Positions 56,101-64,000 of a stretch of DNA of 64,000 bases are shown here, in pieces. The stretch lies in contig JBNZDD010013718.1 in assembly GCA_050575255.1 (NCBI GenBank), positions 5,203,718 through 5,267,717 on the forward strand, given 5' to 3'. Numbering within the stretch: position 1 is the stretch's first letter; every line of letters begins with the position of its first letter. The notes beneath the pieces were generated by a model, which was not told the origin of the DNA, did no database searches, and worked only from the letters and a program-made list of their open reading frames with translations. Both the position numbers and the translations under genes were made by a program. Source of the stretch: Harriotta raleighana. Taxonomy: Eukaryota.

Positions 56101-59100
56101 TGTTGCCCATCTATATGAGATTGCCAAATTGATGCTAAATTACGGGATGTTTCATAGTGTTGTCCTGTGTTCATAAGGAACTGAGTTAAGACAACTCAAA
56201 GGATTAACAAAGAGAGGAATTCCTCTGGTTTGAAACTCAGGTAACATAGGTTGGAAGGAAATCATGCAAATTTTTCTGCTATCTGGCTTGTCTAATATTC
56301 ATATTTAATGGATTGTATTTGACATATTCACAATTATGTGCAAGTGCACCGAGTACAATAGATGAAAGAGATATCAGCGGGCAGTGAGAGTAGCATTAAA
56401 ATCTATTTTCTCAGTGATCCTATGACATAATTATACTATTACTAGATTTTTTTTTCCCAGAGAACCTTAAAGGTGAGCATGCAATTTAAAGTTTATAATT
56501 ATTAACAAGTTCTTCAATTATCAAAGGGTAATAGTGCGAAACTCAGTCAATCACTAGCAAATTGAAAGCAATTTGACTGAAGGGTATTCTAGTGCTCGAA
56601 TGAGCATTGTTGATCTGAAATGCAGATATCTGGATGGTATAATAATGATGGTTGTAGACAATAGATATTGGATGCACCAAACTTCGGTTTGAAATGTTGA
56701 AGAAAAGTTAACATTTTTAAAAGATTGACAATGGATTTAATATGTACTGTCGGGCCAAAAATCACATGAATTTCCAACTGTCTGTTTTAGCTTGGAATAG
56801 TGGACAGATTAATTACTCTCGATCATGTTTCTGAAATACCTCAGTTGTCAAATTGGCTCGGATTTCATCAATATTCAATGTTGTTTCAGATTAATTTCAC
56901 TTTCAGGCATCAATCGTCAAATTTATCTGTACAGCTGTATGTGTCTTTGGTTGTTACAAACCTGGTTCACCACAAAGGAAGCGGACTTTGTAGTTGTGGC
57001 AGATTCCATCAACCTGGTCCTGATTACGGCAAACAAACCCATACTCTCGATCATGTTTATGGAATACCTGGGTTGTCAAGTTGGCTTGGATTCCATTAAC
57101 AGTCGATGCCTAAAATTGGAGGAAAGTTGGAATATTATGGATCAAAGTTATAATTAGATTGAATGAGTGTTTTCCTTTCATTTAATTACAACAGATCAAA
57201 ATTGTTCCACTTCATATGTGAAACTTAACATTGGAGACATCTGAACGCAAAAATAGGCCTTTTTTTCTTACGCTGTACATGTTCCCCATTTTCAGTTTTT
57301 TCTTCTGTTGTTTTATATTGTATACATGATAAACATATTCAGGTATCAAACCAGAGAATGTAATGTTTACCTGTATGTCAACTGGACTGGTACAGATTTT
57401 TCCAGGAAAAGCTGCTCTAAGATCTGACAATTTTTCCCAATCTCCCGACCCCCTCTCATCATCCCTATCGAACCATTCGGTCCACTCCACATCTGCAATG
57501 AAATCAAAAAATGTGTTAGAATCAATGTTAGAAAATAATCTAACCAACAATAAAATTTCACTTAATGTTCAGAATGATTTTAATAGGATATATATATAGA
57601 TATATATATATATATAGTTGAAGCACAACATGTGTTTCTTTAAACAAAAAATACCAGGAATGGTTAACATTCTGCAAAATATTAAGGAATTTCAAATAGA
57701 GGTATGAAGACTATAAACAACATGCTTGAACAGTCATCAAAAAAAATTGCCTTGGCAAAAATTTAGATCTTACCTTGCACCCACTCACTGGTTGAGGCAA
57801 CAGTGAAGTGATCTCCATAAGGCGACTGGAAAAGTTTAAACACTTTTGCCACAGCTGATCCTTCGGTACCTGCTTGATCATCCGTGAACAAAAAAAAATC
57901 TAAAATTGGCTCAAATTTACATTTGTGTTCTTTCAAAAGGTAAAGTAAGACTTTTATTTGAATTATTTTTCCAATGTATGCTTAAAACAAAATCATGTTG
58001 TCAGAAACTCCCTCACGTGACAATGTTGGTTGGGTTCCTGATCTGATGTTGGAAGTGGATAGAGTACTAAAAACAAGGAATTTTTTTAAACGGGCCTTGA
58101 AAGGGAATGAGTGAGTCAGCGGGACTGTGGCATGGAGTTACAGAAAGCGGGGTTAATATAGCTAAAAACCCATCCACTGAGGTCAGAAATGATAGGGCTA
58201 GGGACATGAAGCAGGCCAATGTTTGCTGAGCATATCCCTGGAAGCATAAACTATGGCTGGCAAAGAGATTAATGTAAGATTTGTGTGTGCATCCAAAACT
58301 GCAAACTGTGTGTGCATCCATAATCTCATATTTTTATCATTTTAAATAAACAATTTATCAAGTTAGTTACGCCAAATTGGGTATGGTGTTACCTTGATAG
58401 ATAATGTGATCCTCCACAGAAGTTTCAGGATATCCCTTTATTGTGATGAAGCTCCAAGGATGCCTTCAAATGAAAACGGAAAAGCGTTCTAGTTATTAAG
58501 GTCTTCATTGAAAGCGAGAAAAAATAATTACAAAATTAAAGAAAATAATGAATTTTAATACCAGAAGAAGCTGTCAAATATTGTTTTATAATAGAAATGC
58601 AGCCATAGAATTTGGTAACCCAAACAGAGCAGTCAATTATGGAACAATAATTAATCTTTATGTTAGTGAAAATACTAACGCAGTAATCAAGCTAGCAAGG
58701 ATGTACTTTAAAATCTCTCTGGATCCCATACATAATCAGTATATTATTAGAAGAATGAGATAAAAAGCCAACTATCCTGAAATTAAAATGTCCTCATATT
58801 CCACATTAACCTAAGTTTATTGAATCTTTTCAAAGTTATCCTATGGGAATCAACAACCATTGCACACATTATTTCAAATAAGAGAAGCATGTCATAGAGA
58901 CATAGTGGAAGCTTGAGTAGAATGGAAATGAAGTGTAAGAGGGAGGTAACCAATGGCACAGGCAACAAGGTGGGGGTCTTGGAAGGAATTTTAAAGGAGA
59001 GAGAGAGAGATGCATGCAAGGTGGAAGGATTTAGGGATTCCCAAAAGCCCCTGTCTTTGATTTTGAACTAGATTTTAAAGTATAAATGCAGATGGATTGA

Positions 59101-62100
59101 GAACTTTCCTTTAAGAAAAACTTTACATTCTATGTTTAAAAATTGGACCACTGTTCTGTGTAGAATAATACATAAACCATTACCTCAATGGGTTTGGCCG
59201 GGACCAAGGATAATACAGATACTGTATTGTTGGGTTCCATTATTACTGATAATATGGAATCTCAAAGTTACTGTGTACAACAAGTGACATACTGTAATAT
59301 GAATGGTTGTGTTGAAAGATGTGCAGATTAACCTTGTAATATACATAATGATAATGGCCATAAGTGTGCATCTTGTATTCAATGCAAATGTATTTAACAA
59401 AATAGCTGGACTAATTATTGGAACCACACCCCAGTAAAAAAAAAAGCAAAGGAGTCAAATGTCTTCAAGAGAGGAAGGGAAGACAAATGTTGGCAGGGAA
59501 ATGACAATAACTAGAGGGGAATCAATTTCCTTTCTTATTTCCCCAAGGGTTCAAGGATACATCCTGTATGCTGGAGATTTTTTTAAAGTTTCTTCATGGC
59601 ATGTGCTCAACTAATGACTTGTATACAAAATTCCCGAGGCAAAATAATTGGATGTGAAATTATACCATTCATTTGCGAAACAGCTTTTTAACATGTCTCC
59701 TCATATCAAATATCTCTTCCCCTGAAAGGACCTGTTTGATCTTCAACATGCCACACCACTGCCATAGCTAAAACAATATCACTGCTCAAAGCTGTGGTCA
59801 AAGCAAAAAACACCAGCATATTTAAGAGGAAACTTCATGCATCAGAGGTGCGAAGAGACTAAGAGGGGTGGAGACTCATGTGGTGTATAAAACACCAACA
59901 TGGATTTGTTGGGACAAATGGCTATTTCCAAGCTGCATCACTGCATAATTATATGGAATGTATGAGGAATCTGCTTTCTGCTCTCTGGTTTGTGAGTGAG
60001 ATAAATGGATGGATCGGGTGGGGGGGAAACTTGTGAAGCAGTTCTGTGTTAGCATAGAACAGAGGAGATTTAAGTGAGAAGAGAGGTTAGAGATTTGGGA
60101 GATCAATAGATACGTCAAAGACCTTAAAAAAGAAGTTGGGAAGAGTGGTAAAGTACTCGAAAGAAGAGAATAATCCAGCATAGTAAGAGAACAGACCAAG
60201 AAGGAATACGAGATGATTTCAAATCCTCTGTATGAAGCAATATGACTTGCATCATTCTGTCACATGCATTGCTTCAATGCAATGGGTCTAGTATAACTGA
60301 GCCACAGAAGTAACATAACTGGTGCACAAACTGGTGCACATAACTAGTAACATAACTGGAACACAAACCATTTCACTAGTTATAATTAAAATAAAGAAAT
60401 TGCACATGTTTATACTTTTTAAAGAATCTTAGCAGGTTCACAGGTCACAACATCTGATTTTGATTTTAAGAATGTTAAGCTCCTGAACCCTTAAATCAAT
60501 GGATTTAATTTAATCACATTATAATAAGGTGTTGTTGTACCAAATATTTGATTTTGGACACCATCTGACAGCCATCTGTTCCTATAAATTTAAACAACCT
60601 CCAAACATTAACGTAATGTTGAATGTTCCCAATTAGTCAAAAATTCAACAGTGTGAAAACACGTAAACTCTTTCAACTTTAGAATACATTCAAATGCTAC
60701 AAAATGCTCACAGTCCTGGAAGTAAACAGGACTCCAACTTGTTATTAATATCAGAATCCCAATTCGTGAAGAAATAAAAGTTTTATGTGTTTTTTTGTGC
60801 AGCTGTAGCTTCTCTTGTGAATAATTTCAAAAACAATCAATTTTTACCATTACAAAATATTTGCTAAAAACGTGAGTTTTCCTTTAGAGATGCAAATATT
60901 AGAGCTTCAAGAGGACCTCTAGAGCATTATCTGGGAAGCAAAACCACAAAGTAGAAGAAAGAACATGAGCAGAATTGTTTAAAGAGTACTGGAAGAAGTG
61001 AACATATTATTGAGTCTGAATCTCTTAATGTATGGTTTGGTAGATTTTAATTGAGCATATAACCAGTAGCTAAAGTTTTACTTCCACTGTAGTCCTGCTT
61101 TGTCCTGGTTTCTACTCTGGTGCAATAAATGAGAATGCAATTGCAATTAAGTTATCTATATTCATTTAATAGAATTTAGTCCTGAGGTGATGTTGCTTGG
61201 TCCAAATGTGGCTTTATACAGGAAGTGGGACCAATAATTACAAGCTTACTGGTGATTAAACATGTCCAGATAAGGTTCAAAAGGAAGTCTGTTATTTTCT
61301 GATGGCATAGAACTAGTAAATAATGCTCCATATCATATTACTCGAAAGTGATATTTCTGGCAGTTATGAAAAAGTTTTACTGTTGGCAAATGAACTGGTT
61401 CCCTTAAAGATACAGTACATAGAAAGCAAAAATCTGAAAAGAACCCAGAGATCCATCCAAGTTCACTCCCAGAATAATCTACCTATCCCACTCAACATTT
61501 CCCTCCTGTTGCTGTCCAAATTCCTTCTTACAGAGAGTGAAATCCAGAGAGCCAAAAACCCCACGGCAATTCATGGCATACAAAACATCCATCTCCTATA
61601 ATAATAATCCATGCATTTGATAAAGCACTTATTCAAAAGGGGTTATTACCCCCTGAAAAACAATCCTCCAATTGACTAACAACCTGGTTGTTACTTACTG
61701 CAGGTAAACAGAATTATGTGGATTAAGGAAACTTGCCTAAGGTTTCGCCCTGTTAGGAATCACACCTGAATCAACTGCATACCTGAATCCTAGTTGTCTG
61801 AAATGCTTACTGCCCAGCTTCATCAGAACAGTCTTGGCAAAGACCTCCAACTTGGCTGATCCCTCATCATTCACAGCAACTGATAATATCATGCCTTCTT
61901 CAACCCCATTCAAGTAGTCAGCAAGACGTTTACTCTCATCTCTGCTTTTATAAGTATCAAACCTTTAGGATAAAAAGAACAAGAATATTTATATCCGCAC
62001 AGAGCCTTTTAGCAATAATGCCAGAAAAACAGGACTCAACTGCAACAAGAAACAAACTACTGTACAATGAGCAGCCCATGAAAAATTAAGATAAATGATG

Positions 62101-63259
62101 GGAGGATGTAAGCTCTGAAAACTGGTGTAGCTACCACAATAAACACACCACATTCTGTTCCACAATACAACTGAGAAAACATACATGATTTTGGGCTAGC
62201 CTGAACTAAGCCAAATAAACTAGACTCAAAAGGCAGACTTCAAACTCACTTGTCGGAATGAACCACTTCTCCAATATTATTAATGACATGGACTATGATG
62301 CCACGATGACCCCAACTTTTTTCAAAGTAGTAGCCACCCTCACGCATACCACCAGGGTGAAGAGTTTTGTTCAGAAATGTCCAGGACAGTTTGTGAGTTC
62401 CGTGAATTTCAAGTGTTCCACCTCTACTAACACCAATGTATTTCAAGCCAAAGTAGCTGTGTAGTGTTTCGGTTTTCTCATCAGATCTATGAATGAAAGA
62501 TCAGAAATAAAACCGTAGTCAGATTGTGCTCTGCTAACATCTGTGACTTTATAGTTTCTTTCCCCCCCAAAAAAAAAATTTCTTCTGTATTTACCTTCCG
62601 TATAAAATAATGGTGAAGTTGCTTTGAAATGGGCAAACTTCACTGCCAATATGCAGCTCCCCACCAGCTTCAATCAGAATGTTTCGTGTGCGTAGCACAA
62701 TAGGTTGCTTTCCGCTGTCTGAAATGACAAGTCTGCCTGCAAAAGGGAATAATGAATAAGTATAGAACATCTAATCTGCAAAAGGTGCAGAATTATACAT
62801 TATACATTTGCCCTAGTCTCCAACGCCCATTTGGTTGCACAAAGGTTTATTTCAATATTCAGTCACCCAAAAATGTGATGTGTGCTGTTGTTACATTAAC
62901 ACCTAGTTTTTATTAGAAAAATAAATGGCTATGACAAATTTTAAAGCGAGGCCTTATCTGCGCAATAATAATCCTTGTACAGTATTTGATATAGCACCTC
63001 ATCACAACTTTGAGACATACAAAAGCGTTTCACAGCATATGCTGCATAGTGAATTGTATTTTTTTTTTAAATGGGCGATTAGCTTGTTTAAGAAAGATAA
63101 TTAATTTGGAAAATAAAATACCTCCATCGAAAATATGAATAGAATGAACTGTGGCTGAAGATACCAGGAGCAACTGCCGATTCTGTCCAATTTTAACATG
63201 GTGTTCCTTATTGTGGCCAGGATTCCAATGACGGAGGTCAGGATCCTGATCTGGACAAG
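26061..63259 (-). CDS. CEMIP: Cell migration-inducing hyaluronan-binding protein (KIAA1199/HYBID), 27 coding exons, 5'-partial
   Basis: Exons translate to G8, GG, WxxW and beta-helix segments. All introns GT-AG; summed length 3995 nt keeps frame to TGA. C-terminus KKQKL and adjacency to MESD favour CEMIP over CEMIP2/TMEM2. Confidence 0.95.
26985..27170 (+). mobile_element. SINE body joined to an L2-type 3' tail
   Basis: SINE body to 27060, then cagcgccttgggacgtcttcccgacgtgaaaggcgctatataaat. Confidence 0.62.
27597..27697 (-). CDS. CEMIP: CEMIP exon (SIVLVTSKGRLISERPWNNVLTQLGIPSGTKLK)
   Basis: Manual translation; AG/GT boundaries in frame. Confidence 0.88.
28395..28552 (-). CDS. CEMIP: CEMIP exon (VNGKKYYHSEDGMQIIVLDG...NIKD), second GG domain
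   Basis: Within ORF 28391..28651; donor AA|GTAAGT. Confidence 0.9.
29685..29771 (-). CDS. CEMIP: CEMIP exon (HTKDRFLEVKLESYKTRFFHITDNLAYSV)
   Basis: Manual translation; acceptor ttacag, donor GTG|GTAAGT. Confidence 0.9.
30472..30676 (-). CDS. CEMIP: CEMIP exon (ILFLKVKAHHDRQTFAFCSMRGCERIKI...PAAQL)
   Basis: Within ORF 30343..30768; donor CTG|GTAAAT. Confidence 0.9.
31109..31294 (-). CDS. CEMIP: CEMIP exon (NDWIRVGICYPKGTTF...YFFDEGA)
   Basis: Within ORF 31075..31350; AG/GT boundaries. Confidence 0.92.
32150..32365 (-). mobile_element. Older, diverged Deu-type SINE (SacSINE/AmnSINE-like)
   Basis: Resembles recalled motifs catgggatcttt..gtctcatc..gaagtgtcagcctaga; similar remnants at 11690-11835 and 51580-51755, and a head at 35085-35130. 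Confidence 0.5.
32540..32720 (-). mobile_element. CR1-like LINE remnant
   Basis: Minus ORF FFIRRLINDWNRVVE..DTYIKRF resembles the CR1 ORF2 C-terminus (FF..RV...WN.L). Confidence 0.45.
33985..34196 (-). CDS. CEMIP: CEMIP exon (VYIQTRNPANL...YQQYQPVVMLQKGYTIHW...WLINFN)
   Basis: Within ORF 33981..34328; donor CG|GTGAGT. Confidence 0.92.
34638..34853 (-). CDS. CEMIP: CEMIP exon (ITSRVFFGEPGPWF...DGDKTTIFHDTDGSV...GHYAQ)
   Basis: Overlaps ORF 34536..34805; donor CAA|GTAAGT. Confidence 0.92.
35224..35404 (-). CDS. CEMIP: CEMIP exon (KFPIRGMQIYDGPIN...FEDVP)
   Basis: Within ORF 35206..35415; AG/GT boundaries. Confidence 0.92.
36071..36379 (-). mobile_element. tRNA-derived SINE, full length
   Basis: Minus-strand head tgtagctcagtggttagagcactcgcc...ggtttgattcc; (TTA)n tail at 36071. 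Confidence 0.78.
36384..36618 (-). mobile_element. Second, truncated SINE directly in tandem
   Basis: Body gtgggcgaaacacagcagccaattgtgc and B-box region gggaatcgaacccagg. Confidence 0.7.
36663..36818 (-). CDS. CEMIP: CEMIP exon (GGTFPDDDGAKQEIKNSLFVGES...GRALPKG)
   Basis: Within ORF 36659..36859; donor GT|GTAAGT. Confidence 0.92.
37283..37318 (-). CDS. CEMIP: CEMIP 36-nt exon (FADNGIGLTLA)
   Basis: Manual translation; acceptor ctttag, donor AG|GTATGT. Confidence 0.88.
38233..38364 (-). CDS. CEMIP: CEMIP exon (YSPHKEADP...AYKNQDHGAWLRGGDVWLDNC)
   Basis: Manual translation; donor CA|GTAAGT. Confidence 0.92.
39265..39440 (+). mobile_element. SINE 3' half
   Basis: ctgtttgtgggacactgctgtgcacaattggctgcc...tatcaaatgcaagggttattac. 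Confidence 0.7.
39463..39548 (-). CDS. CEMIP: CEMIP exon (AGLMLDHGVKTSPANAKDKRPFLSLVGS)
   Basis: Within ORF 39339..39569; AG/GT boundaries. Confidence 0.9.
40780..40908 (-). CDS. CEMIP: CEMIP exon (ETGFWFIFHHVPTGPS...RAHSNFR)
   Basis: Within ORF 40714..40917; AG/GT boundaries. Confidence 0.92.
41050..41119 (-). CDS. CEMIP: CEMIP exon (AVSTFWIANPNNNLINSAASGSE)
   Basis: Manual translation; acceptor ttacag, donor GAA|GTATGT. Confidence 0.9.
45656..45861 (-). CDS. CEMIP: CEMIP exon (VKDVIGYNTLGHCFFTEDG...KPRQDC)
   Basis: Matches ORF 45652..45861; donor AA|GTAAGG. Confidence 0.93.
48420..48779 (-). mobile_element. tRNA-derived SINE, full length
   Basis: Same head, body and tail as 36071-36379. 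Confidence 0.78.
49670..49726. repeat. 19-bp tandem repeat x3
   Basis: ccctaactaca(t/c)tagttat, three copies. Confidence 0.88.
50608..50817 (-). CDS. CEMIP: CEMIP exon (MGIGFKATHIEG...YPIHFHMAGDVD...RCVTIHGSNGLL)
   Basis: Within ORF 50518..50862; donor CTG|GTGAGT. Confidence 0.93.
50956..51125 (-). CDS. CEMIP: CEMIP exon (KAKYLHIGEEVDGIDMRAEVGMLSKNI...DTVGGHIK)
   Basis: Manual translation; AG/GT boundaries in frame. Confidence 0.92.
54734..54868 (+). mobile_element. 105-bp Penelope-like repeat insertion with 15-bp flanking direct repeats
   Basis: tccttgtcttttcat at 54734-54748 and 54854-54868 flank gacccgaaacgttgact...gatgctgcctaacctgctgag. Confidence 0.6.
55255..55446 (-). CDS. CEMIP: CEMIP exon (VWPKVTVTIDTN...STDYSMYQTEEF...IKIQ)
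   Basis: Matches ORF 55184..55447; AG/GT boundaries. Confidence 0.92.
56814..56880 (-). pseudogene. Intronic partial duplicate of a CEMIP exon (pseudo-exon relic)
   Basis: 56 of 67 identical, ungapped, to 57042-57108. Confidence 0.8.
56962..57109 (-). CDS. CEMIP: CEMIP exon (ASTVNGIQANLTTQVF...GFVCRNQDQVDGICHNYKVRFLCGEP), WxxW domain C-half
   Basis: Manual translation; acceptor ttttag, donor G|GTTTGT. Confidence 0.88.
57371..57492 (-). CDS. CEMIP: CEMIP exon (DVEWTEWFDRDD...PVDIQ), WxxW domain N-half
   Basis: Within ORF 57212..57550; acceptor ttgcag, donor CAG|GTAAAC. Confidence 0.9.
57774..57869 (-). CDS. CEMIP: CEMIP exon (TEGSAVAKVFKLFQSPYGDHFTVASTSEWVQ)
   Basis: Manual translation; donor G|GTAAGA. 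Confidence 0.88.
58393..58463 (-). CDS. CEMIP: CEMIP exon (HPWSFITIKGYPETSVEDHIIYQ)
   Basis: Manual translation; AG/GT boundaries in frame. Confidence 0.88.
61783..61962 (-). CDS. CEMIP: CEMIP exon (FDTYKSRDESKRLADYLNG...VAVNDEGS...LGF), first GG domain
   Basis: Manual translation; AG/GT boundaries in frame. Confidence 0.9.
62250..62486 (-). CDS. CEMIP: CEMIP exon (SDEKTET...LKYIGVSRGGTLEIHG...VVHSD)
   Basis: Matches ORF 62246..62446; acceptor tcatag, donor AA|GTGAGT. Confidence 0.9.
62595..62736 (-). CDS. CEMIP: CEMIP exon (RLVISDSGKQPIVLRTRNILIEAGGELHIGSEVCPFQSNFTIILYG)
   Basis: Manual translation; acceptor tttgcag, donor AG|GTAAAT. Confidence 0.9.
63122..63259 (-). CDS. CEMIP: CEMIP exon (CPDQDPDLRHWNPGHNKEHHVKIGQ...SIHIFDG), start of G8 domain
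   Basis: Manual translation; acceptor tcacaag, donor G|GTATTT. Confidence 0.85.
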
Positions 63260-64000
63260 CTTGTGAGATAGAAAAAATCCAAGGTTACAACAGAGAAACC
63301 TTTCCATTTAATATTTGTTATTAGAACATGAAAACCATCGCAATTTCATATTGCAGCATTTGAAAAACAACACAGAATAAGATATTTTGGGAACTAAAAA
63401 TCATTATAATAATCCTTGCATTTGATATGGAGCTTTATCTTTAAGGCTTAGAGATGTCTAAAAGTGCTTTACAGAATATACGATAAAGTGAATTGATTGT
63501 ATGTTTTCTGGGGTAAACTGCAGCATGATCCCAGCATGATTTATTTTACAAATTATATTTAATTGTAAAATTCCCTTAACAGCGCAAAGCAAACTGAAGT
63601 GCCCTCAGTTTGTTAATTTACAACCACTAAAAAGAGCCTCTGTAATTTTCTATTATTTTTTAATTTAATGTGTTACTTATGGTTTACACAAACCTCAAAT
63701 TAAATCATGATGTTAAGTGTTTAGACAATCACATGGAAATTTGTATTGGAAAAACTACATGAGAAAACAACCAGCTTCCTCAATGGGCCCGTAGTAGAGC
63801 TAAAGCCTAGAGTGAAACTTAGGATAGTCACAGGCTTGATGGCTGAACCATGGTTAATTAAGCAGTTTGTGGTGGAGATATTAATACAGTATCAAGTAAG
63901 TATCTCCATTCTTCATCATTATTGAATGAGCAAGCGTAAAGTGGGGAGAATTAATTAACGATACAAGAGGACAGTTTTGCCATTACAACTGTACATGACG

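Noticed and set aside
63260-64000. CEMIP first coding (signal peptide) exon
   Set aside because: No convincing ATG plus hydrophobic stretch with a phase-1 donor; probably outside the window.

Overview
Eukaryotic (vertebrate) genomic DNA, not prokaryotic. Gene content and repeats (Deu-domain tRNA SINEs, L2/CR1 LINE remnants, a shark-type Penelope-like repeat) point to a cartilaginous fish, possibly a chimaera; the organism is an inference. The window holds the conserved block TLNRD1 (MESDC1; intronless, minus, 6416-7513), MESD (3 coding exons, plus, 13758-16022) and CEMIP/KIAA1199 (27 coding exons traced on the minus strand, 63259 down to 26061, about 1330 codons in one frame; the start/signal-peptide exon was not found and probably lies beyond the right edge). 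TLNRD1 and MESD are divergent; MESD and CEMIP are convergent. I found no convincing new multi-gene system. The most unusual items are a ~270-bp inverted repeat downstream of MESD, an intronic relic copy of half a CEMIP exon, near-identical direct repeats on both sides of two CEMIP exons, a near-canonical WxxW/CysD domain in CEMIP, and a short insertion with 15-bp flanking repeats and a hammerhead-like core. Several tandem duplications joined by a single N look like assembly artefacts. All coordinates and identities were read by eye.
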